Origin: Scyliorhinus canicula
Lineage: Eukaryota
Reading direction: 5' to 3'
Assembly (NCBI RefSeq): GCF_902713615.1
Contig: NC_052164.1
Location: 18,712,114-18,776,113, forward strand
DNA: 64,000 nt
Part shown: piece by piece, positions 1 through 9,300 of the stretch
How positions within the stretch are numbered: position 1 is the stretch's first letter
Layout of the letters: each line of letters begins with the position of its first letter
Translations under genes and position numbers: made by a program
The notes under the pieces: model-generated
What the model saw: only the letters and a program-made list of their open reading frames with translations
Told to the model about the DNA's origin: nothing
The model's database searches: none

Positions 1-799
1 TACCTGTCTCGCTCTACGATGCAGATTTGATTTGCAAAATCGCATTAGATCTCCAGAGGTGTATCAAGCCGGGTAGATCCCAGAAGAGGGGTCTCCTGGC
101 ATCTAGCAGCTGCGCCATGCTGCCTTTTTGGCGTAACACAGCAGGTAGATCGCACTTGTTAGCTCTGTCCTCTCTCCATGGGTGCTGTCAGACCTGCTGA
201 AATTGTCCAGCATTTTCTATTTTTGTTTCAGATTTCAGAATCTGCAGTAATTTGTTTTTATATTAAAATCAAGAATATTAACAAAAGATTTCAAATATCA
301 TGGATGCACATGCAAAGGTTTTCTGTCTCTTGATCCTTCCTCTTCGAAAACAAACCTCTTTTGACCACGCTTTTGGGCACTCCTATTAATAATTCACACA
401 GCTTCTGTTTTTTTGGATTATAATCCTGTGAAGCCTCTTGGAACATTTTTCTACTGTACGGATGATGATTAATTTAAGTCTGTTGAAGTTTTCTTCCCTC
501 TGTAACCACTTGGTGGCAGTAAAGGACCACAAAACATGGAACACAGCTATTCTTGTTGAGTGGCTCATGTTGACTATCAAAAGTTGAGTGCTGATCACAG
601 AACCTAGAAAAAAGCAGATATGAAACAAGAAGCATGGCCATCTGTGAGTAAAAATCAATTCTTGCCTCCGATCATAAAACATCATTTATCTTTAGCCATT
701 CAGGTTAAAAACAGAAAATACTGTAAATATTCAGCAAATCTGGCAGTGCCAGTGGAGAAACATAATTATTGTTTCAGGAAGAACACCTATTGTCTAGAC

Positions 800-1873
800 T
801 GCCCTCCAGGTTAGTTCAGATGCTTGATAAAACTCTTCGGCTATGTCAGTGGTACAGCTAGGCCCTTGGTTTTGGTGGAAGATTCCAACACATTGAAAAA
901 ATGACCTTTTGACCAAAATGTCACTCTCAGCCATCCCGAGTACGTCACTCCAAAATAGTGCTGACTTTGTCTTGTTAAAAGCTGCACGTCGCCTAGCCAA
1001 CTCCGCTCCGACATCTTGGTATATCCTAATGATGCTTCCTTCCCACCTCGCGTCCCGATTCACTTTGGCCCATTGCAGAACTTGCTCCTTCACCTGGAAG
1101 CTGTGGAATCCAATCACTGCCCACGCTGGCTTATTTGCCCGAGGTTTCCAACGCAGCACTCAATGGGTCCGATCCAATTCTAGAGGGGACAATTGCCCGC
1201 CTCAACCTCAAAAGCTTGACAAACATCTGAGAAAAGTACTCAGTCAGCTTCGGGCCCTCTGGTCACCCCATGATTCTGAGGTTCTGCCTCCTCGACCTGT
1301 ACTCCACGTCATCCATCTTTGCCCTCAGAGGCTTGTTCCTCTTGTCCACCAGCAACATCTCAGCTTCCAACGAGGTGATTCAATCACCGTATCGCAACAA
1401 GGCCTCCTCCACACCCTTCAGCGCCTCTCCATGCTCCTTCACTGCCTCCAAAGATTTTTCCAGCTTCTTTGGAAACGAGCCAAGTGGCTCCTCAGATGAC
1501 CGCTTCAGGGTTTCCATCATCACCCTGCCCCTCCAAATGCTTCGCAAACTGTTTTTCAAACTCCTGTGCCATCACCCCAATCAGCATTTCCATCGTGGTA
1601 CGGGCGGCCACACCCAAGGCCGGGTCTGCCGCCGTTCCTCCTGCTGGGCTTCGCAAGCTTACTGGCTCCGTTGAAGGATCACGCCCTGGAATCTTCTTAT
1701 CAGCAACCTTCTTCATAGATTACAACATATTTTCACTGACAAATTCCTTATCCCACATGATGGGCCAATTTTGACGACCAGAATCCCCAGACAGGGTTAA
1801 AAAGTCCAAAAAACAAAGATGATAACGGGAGCCACATTATGTGTGACCTTCTACCTGTTGCCACCGGAAGTCC
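800..1873 (-). mobile_element. L1-clade LINE 5' fragment (5' UTR + degenerate ORF1)
   Basis: ORF1-like peptides (RQNLRIMG, PLELDRTH, FHSFQVKEQVLQWAK, WEGSIIRIYQD); its 5' end gacttccggtggc resembles the element starting at 56973. Confidence 0.8.
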
Positions 1874-2199
1874 CAGCTCCACTGTTAACAGTGAATCCAG
1901 GTTTTACACCACTCCCTTGTCACATCAGTCTTGACTGCTGTACAAACTGTTAACAATTGCGTTAATTCTCGATTCCCAGATAATTAAAAGGGCATCACCT
2001 TTTGATTTACTTCTGGTCTAATTTCCCACCTTAAATCTGGTTACTGGAATTGTCTGTTTAACTCAGAACACTTTGTTTACTCTTCCTTGAATTCTTCTGA
2101 ACAATACCTTGGTCTCTGTTCATTTAACGGCCATTGTCTTAATACATTTGTTCTGTCCCAATTATTTGGTTATCTCGGCTGTAAATCTTTTAAAAATTC

Positions 2200-3240
2200 A
2201 TTTTTATGGGATGGGGGCTTCACTGGCTAGGCCAGCATTTGTTGCCCATCCCTAATTACCCTTAATTACTCTTGGACCGCTGCAGTCCATGTGGTATAGA
2301 TACACTCACTGTGCTATTAGGGAGGGAGTTCCAGGATTTTGATCCAGCAACAGTGAAGGAACGGGGATATATTTCCAAGTCAGGATGGTGAGTGACTTGA
2401 AGGGAAACTTCCAGATGGTGGTGTTCCCATGAATCTGCTGCCTTGCTCTTCCAGATCCAGGTGGTCGTGGGTTTGGAAGGTGCTTCCTAAGGAGCCTTGG
2501 TGAGTTCCTGCAGTGCGTCTTGTGGATGGTACACACTACTGCTACTGTGTGTCGGTGGTGGAGGGAGTGAATGTTTGTGGAAGGGGTGCCAAGCAAGTGG
2601 GCTTTTTTGTCCTAGATGGCGTTGAGCTTTGTGAGTGTTGTTGGAGCTGCACTTATCCAGGCAAATGGGGAGTATTCCATTACACTCCTGGCTTGTGCTT
2701 TGTGAGTGGTGGACAGGCTTTGGGGAGTCAGGAGGGGAGTTACTTGTCACAGGATTCCTAGCCTTTGACCTGCTCTAGTAACCACAGTATTTTTATGGCT
2801 AGTCCAGTTCTGTTTCTGGTCAATGGTAACCTCCAGGATGTTGATAGTGGGGGATTCAATGATGGTAATGTCATTGAATGCCATGGGGTGATGGTTTGAT
2901 TCTCTCTCATTGGAGATGGTCATAACTTGGCATTTGTGTGGCATGAATGTTACTTGCCACTTGTCAGTCCAAGCCGGGATAGTGTCTTGTTGCATTTGCA
3001 CGTGGGCTGCTTCAGTTTCTGAGGAGTCATGAATGGTGCTGAACAGTGCGCAATCATCAGCGAATGTCCCCACATCTGACCTTATGTTGGAAGGAAGGTC
3101 ATTGATGAAGCAGCTGAAGGTGGTTGCGCCTGAGGAACTCCTGCAATGATGTCCCGGGATTGAGGTGACTTACCAACAACCACAACTATCTTCCTTTGTG
3201 CTCGGTATGACTCCAACCAGAGGAGAGTTTTCTCCCTGAG
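2200..3240 (-). mobile_element. CR1/L2-group LINE 3' fragment
   Basis: RT motif FADD...KWQVTFMPHKCQVM; same family as the fragments at 11120, 26730 and 52690. Confidence 0.8.
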
Positions 3241-3369
3241 AGGTCATGTAACCAGAATAATAGTTTTGAAATGCCTTTTGTTGCAGCACCCAAGATGCTA
3301 AAAGCATGGAACAAATCTGCCATTGGAGCAGTAACACCATCTCTCGCTCCCTTCTCTTTCTATTTTAAA

Positions 3370-5210
3370 TCTGCTACCCCTTATCCTAAAACTGTGACCT
3401 CATTCTAGATTGCCCCAAAAGAGGAAACATCACTCTACATCTACTTTGTCAATACCGTTTATCATTTGATATATCTCAATTAGATCTCCTCTCATTCTTC
3501 TAAACTCTAGAGGGCAAAGGCTTACCATGCTCAATCTCTATTCATAAGAAAACCCCTCATCTCTGAAATCAATCTGGTGAACCTCCTATGAACTGCCTCC
3601 AATGCAACTACATCCCTCCTCAAGCAAGGGGGGCAAAACTGTACACAGTACTCCAGGTGCAGTCTCACCAATGCCTTGTATAATTGCAGCAACGCTTCCC
3701 TACTTTTATACTCTTTCCCTTTAACCATAAATGCCAAAAATCCATTTGCCGTTGTTATTTTTGCTGTACCTGCATACTAGTTTTCTGTGATTTATGCACG
3801 AGGAATCCCAGATCCCTCCGTACCGAAGCACTCTTTATGTTTCTCTCCATTTAGATAATAAGTTGCCATTCTATTTTTCTGACCAAAGTGGATAACCACA
3901 TTTATCCACATTAAACTCCACCCATCAAATTTTGGCCCACTCACCTAACCTATCCATTTGTAAATTTATTTCCTCATTGCAACTTACTATCCCACCTATT
4001 TTAATGTCATCTGCAAATTTGACTTTAGTACCTTCTATCCTTGCATCAGTCATTAATATATATTGCAAATAGTTGGTGCCCCGAGGACTGAACCCTGTGG
4101 CACCCCACTGGATATATCTAGCCAACCAGAAAAAGACCCATTTATCCCATCTCTCTGCCGTCTGTTGATTAGCCAGTCCTCTAGCCAAGCTAATAAATTA
4201 CCCCTAACTCCATCTTACCTTGTGCCTGATCTTACCATATGTATCAACCTTTTGTGCGGCTCTTTATCAAATGCCCCTGGAAGTTCAGATATGCTCCATC
4301 TACAGGATCCCCATTATCCACTTAACTTGTTACATCTTCAAAGAAATCTTGCAAATTTGTCAAAGACAATTTTCCTTCAATAAAATCTTGCTGACTGATA
4401 CCGGATGGCATTTTGACTTTTCAAATGTCCTGTTATTGCTTCCTTAATGGATTCTAACAATTTCCCCAAAGACAGATGTTAAACTAACTGGTCTAGCTTC
4501 CTACTTGCTGCTTCCCTCCCTTTTTGAATAAGCATTTTTCCAATCCACTAGAACCTCTCCCATATCTAGGGAATTTTGAAATACAATAATCAGTAGATCC
4601 ACTGTCTCCGCTGTCACTTTCTTTAAGTAAGAAGTCTTAAAACACCAGGTTAAAGTCCAGCAGGTTTGTTTCGAATCACTAGCTTTCGGAGCACAGCTCC
4701 TTCCTCAGGTTAATTCGCCTAAGGAAGGAGCTGTGCTCCAAAAGCTAGTGATTCAAAACAAATCTGCTGGACTTTAACCTGGTGTTTTAAGACTTCATAC
4801 TGTGTTCACCCCAGTCCAATGCCGGCATCTCCACATCATCACTTTCTTTAAGACCCTACGATGTAGGTGATCAAGCCCTGGGGACTTGCCCACCTTCAAT
4901 CCCAATAGTTTGTTTAGTACTTTTCCCTATTGATGTTGATTGTTCTAACTTCCTCCCTTTATATTACCTTTGAATTACCTGTTACTATTGGGATGGTACT
5001 AGAGCCTTCCACCATGAAAACTGAGGTAAAATATTGATTTAGCCATCTCCGCCATTTCGCATCCCCCACTATTAATTCCCCGTTCTCATCCTCCAGGGGA
5101 CCAACGTCAACTTTGCTACTCCCTCCCTTATAACATACTTGCAGAAGCTTTTGATATCCTTTTTTATATTTGGCACGAGTTTTCTTTCACAATTTACCGT
5201 TGCTTTACTT
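3370..5210 (-). mobile_element. Degenerate CR1 (HER1-like) LINE
   Basis: KFADDIKIGG, LYKALVRLHLEYCVQF..RRFTRLI motifs; interrupted by the element at 4628-4838. Confidence 0.85.
4628..4838. mobile_element. Fold-back (palindromic) non-autonomous element, probably Penelope-derived, with hammerhead-like core
   Basis: ~85-bp inverted arms spanning 4626-4801; 14-bp TSD tcactttctttaag at 4614-4627 and 4839-4852; a half copy at 45201-45278. Confidence 0.8.
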
Positions 5211-5289
5211 AGTTACCCTCTGTTGGTGGCTTCATAGTAGCAAAATTGCATGTTCCCCCTGAATAACGAGGTTTGGGATTTGAGCCCCT

Positions 5290-5615
5290 TTTGGGCACAA
5301 GATCTAGTCGGACTTCCCCGTCCAGTTGAATTTCGGATGAAATGTTAAACCGAATGCACTCCGCGTGGATGTGAAAGATCCAGGAGCGCATATATTTTGA
5401 AGAGCAGCGCCCGCACCCCCCCCCCCCCCCCGTCAATATTTAACCCCCAAATCGACAACTGACTGGAACAGATGACCGGGCCACCAGTCTGTGGGATCTT
5501 CCCCAGCCCAAAATTGGCTCTCGCCTTTCCTGCATTGCAAACAGTGGCCGCACTTCAGAACAGAAGATAATTCATCCGCTGTATTAAAACGCTTCTGAAA
5601 CTCCTGAGGTCTCGT
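5290..5615 (+). mobile_element. DeuSINE-type SINE remnant abutting the CNTD1 promoter
   Basis: gtggatgtgaaagatcc...tgtgggatctt...aaattggct..tttcctgcattgcaaacagtg..cacttca..ctcctgaggt resembles the Deu-domain consensus as I recall it. Confidence 0.6.
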
Positions 5616-5699
5616 CTGTGCGAATAATATTCCAACCGCCGTGTTCATTTGTTTTAAACTCCCCCCCCCACCCCCACCCCCACCCCCCAAAGTTTGTCT

Positions 5700-6182
5700 T
5701 CCTCCGATTGCTTGGGCGCCAACTGACCCAACTGTCAACGGTTCCTTCGCGCGCCAGGCAGCGCGCTCGATGCCGGCGGTCGGCACATTGCGCAGGCGCT
5801 TTGGTGGCTGGGCGCCGCTTTCAGGCCGTGTATCGGTGCAGGGCGCAGGCGCGGCGAGAATGTGCCGGCACCGGATGCAGTGCGCAGGCGGGGCGGGAAT
5901 GTGCCGGCACCGGATGCAGTGCGCAGGCGGGGCCGAGCCGGCGGGCGCACGCGGGACGGGGTAGATCCGCCATTTTCTTCAGAAGCTCCGACGAAGAGGC
6001 CGAGAGGGGCCTGACTTGTCTCCGAGTTATTTAACCTGAGTTCACGTTCACGTGTTTTGCATTCGACGGCGTAGGTTTTGTGACCCACACACACACACAA
6101 AGTAGGCCCAGCGACATTTGAGCGGGCCCTCGCACCTTTGGCACTCGGGAGTCGGGCAGCTCCAGAGGACTGTGTGGCGGCC
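5700..6182 (+). promoter_or_regulatory. CpG-island promoter of CNTD1
   Basis: CpG-dense; several NRF1-like GCGCAGGCG sites, GC boxes, YY1-type CGCCATTTT (5968-5976), and MYB-type CAACTG/CAACGG at 5720, 5729, 5736. Confidence 0.75.
5858..5933 (+). repeat. 39-bp tandem duplication in the CNTD1 promoter
   Basis: gaatgtgccggcaccggatgcagtgcgcaggcggggc at 5858 and 5897, plus a partial upstream copy. Confidence 0.9.
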
Positions 6183-6375
6183 ATGAGCAAAATGGTGGTT
6201 GTCAAGACGGGCCGAAGCCTGGGCTGCTGCGACAAAGAGACACCCGAGCTGGCCTTCAGCGCCGTTTCCCCGGAGATGCTGGAAGAATTTCTGGTCGACG
6301 TGGCGAAGGACAATGAACGCAACCTGACGAACCTCTCTCAGCACGCGGGCTGCTTCAAAACATTAAGATTAATAG
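6183..6375 (+). CDS. CNTD1: CNTD1 coding exon 1 (MSKMVVVK...GCFKTLRLI)
   Basis: ATG in gcggccATGa context; donor ag|gtgggg after 6375, phase 1. Confidence 0.85.
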
Positions 6376-9300
6376 GTGGGGCTGGCGTGATAGTTTGGTG
6401 GCAGCTTGGTGTAAACTTCACTGGCGTTTAACTCCCCCCCACAATAATTTTTTAAAAAATTTGTATCGCAGAATTTGTTTTCCTCCTTTGTGAGCAGCTG
6501 GGTCTCCATCAGGTTACAAGATATCAAGCTGTGGAAATACTGGAAAGGTAAAACGTTATAATTAATTTTTTGGGAGATGAAAAGGAGACGCTAATTTATT
6601 AAACATATGTGTAGGGGCCATGTCAAATCACCTAGCCAGTACCAGAATTATCGCATTCACCATTTCGATTTTATTTGACGCGGAATTATAACAGAATTAT
6701 AACACAGACTACACAGTTCACTACTTGCAATTTTATTCCACAATGTTGATTCCCTCTTCCCAGTATCATATATAACGGGCTGGATTCTCCTTTTCTGAGG
6801 CGAAGTGACGGCACCAACGGCGGAGAATCCATGTGTTCCATGACAGGAAAATAGGCACGCATCCCTCAGCGCTTGACTGTGTACCCCCACCCACCCAAGA
6901 TCTCAGCAGAGTGTGGTAGCACTGGACACAGTCCGCAGCTGGCACACCAGGCTCACGACCGCTGGGATCACATGTGGTCAGCACTGTTGGGAACTTGGCC
7001 CATCGGAGATATCGCGGGTAGGCTGGCTGATGATGCGGCAAAGGTGTTACGGCATGCGGCCCGATGACACCGATTTGGAAGGGTGGAGCATTGTGAACCA
7101 GCGCCTGCCCCGAATCTGGTGTTGGAAGCCATTCAATGCCCGATTGCTGTTCCTGATTTCAGCGTCAGGCTACGGAGAATCCCGCCCAACTCTTAAACGT
7201 TCGCTGACATCTCACTGTGAAATTGACAGCAACTTCGCTTGAATGTGGAAATGCAATGCACCCATTACTGTTACCTCTTCTCTGCTTCTCCCCAGGTTGT
7301 GAAACCACTTAGAAGTGAGGTGACGTCATATTTTTACAGTCTTGTAAAACTCCTCGACCAACACACAGCTAGTTATAAGAGAGTTGCTGGCAGCAATCCC
7401 GGACTTAGCCACGCACCAGTTGATTATGGGAGGAGATTTTAACTGTATCCTAGAGCCCAGGGTGGATAGTTTGAGCCCTAGGTGGCTGGGAGAGCAGGGA
7501 GGTGAGCGGGTGGTGAAGATTAAGGAAAAATGGGAAAGAGCTGGGAGGGGAGATAAATTGTGCAGTATGGAGTGAGGTACTACAAAGGGTAAACACATTC
7601 TCCTCATGCGCAAGGATGAGCCTGATACAGTTCAAGGTCATACACAGGGTACATATGACTCAGGCAAGAATTAATGGATTCTTCCAGGGGGTGGCAGATG
7701 AGTGAGAGAGGGTGGGCAGGGACCAGCGAATCATGCACACATGTTCTGGGGCTGCGAAAAGTTGGGAGAGATTCTGCATGGGAGTATTTGGAGCCCTGGC
7801 AAGGATAGTGGGGGAGGGCGTGGAGCCGGATCCATTGGTGGCGATGTTTGGGGTTTGGGAGAAGCCGGAGCTGATGGAGGGGAGGAAGGCCAATGTTGTG
7901 GCCTTTGCCTCTCTGATTGCCCGGCCATGAATCTTATTGGAGTGGCGGTCAGCAGCTCCACTGGGCATAGTGACCTGTATGATTTCCTTTGGTTGGAAAA
8001 GATAAAATACAAGTTAAGGGGTTCAGTGGAGGGGTTTGAGGCAAGGTGGGGGATGTTCATGACAGTGTTTGAGGAGTTGTTCGTGCTGGGGGGGGGGGGG
8101 GGGGGTAGTGAAAAAGGGGAAAGATTTGTACAAACTGTATAATCGTTTGTTGGGAAGCCCGTTTCCCAAATTATTTATATGTTGCAACCTGTTATATACG
8201 TTTGCAATAAAATACATTTTAAAAAACACACACCTTGTTGACCCTGGAGCTGTGAACCAACTGTGCTAACCATTATGCTAGCGTGCTGCCCTTATATGAA
8301 ACACTCCTTGGTCTCGTCCTACTCAGGCCCGCTCTTGCAACACGCTTTTCATTATATCGATAACTACTCATGCTTTTGTCTGGACCTGGAAAAATTTCAG
8401 CTTTTGTTCCGATTTCTACCCCTCGCTCACCTTCACATTGCGCATCTCTGACACTTCCCTACCTTGACCTCGCGTCTCCAATTCCAGTGCTAGACTGCCC
8501 ACCAATATTCATTACAAACCCACAGCTACCTTGACTACCGCTCCTCGCCCTCTGGCCCCTGCAAGAAGCCCATCCCATTCTCCCAGTTTTTCCAATTCCG
8601 TTGCACATGTTCTGGTGATGTCATCTGCTTCTAATATGTCTACTTTCCAGCAGAGCAGCATTTCACTTGCACTTCCTTGAATTTAGTCTATTGTATTCAC
8701 TGCTCCTAATGAAGTCTCCTCTACCGTGGGAAGAATAAATACAGACTGGCCACTCAGTCCGCAAGCACGATCCAAACCTTCCTGTTGCTTATCATTAAAA
8801 CCCGGCACCTTGCTCTCATACCCACAAGTCCATCCTTGGCCTGCTGCAAGCTGGAGGTGCAGCATCTCATCTGGTTATGCATGTTGTAACCTTCAGGGCT
8901 CAACTTTTAAGTTCAGCAGTTTTAGTTTCTGACCTTTCTCCTTCGTCTTTATCCCCTTTTAAAAAAAAATCCCATGCATGTATTGCTTCAATACAAACCA
9001 TCCCCCAGGCCACCTTGTCCTTTGTTCTTAAAGTTGCTACATTGTTGCAATCCCAGTTACACTCGTTCTGGCGAGAAACGTTAACTCGGTCTTCTTTCCT
9101 TACAGATGCTGAGTTTTTCCAGCATTCTCTGATCTCACTTCAGATTCCGGCATCGGCAGAATTTTGCTTATTTTACTTTCTAGTTTGCTGCCTCTGACCA
9201 AAATGATTGGCTACCTAACCCAGATAGAAGACAGCATAATTGTTGCTGGATACCAGAGAGCTCCACAGTTGGCACCAGTATCAAATTAATGTTGAGAAAA

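Noticed and set aside
386-685. 99-aa minus-strand ORF with an acceptor-like site
   Set aside because: No recognisable protein similarity, and it overlaps repeat tails
5821-5973. Minus-strand ATG in a good context as the start of COA3 or a new gene
   Set aside because: The 50-aa ORF is built from the 39-bp promoter repeat and has no COA3 similarity; the motif is better explained as a YY1 site
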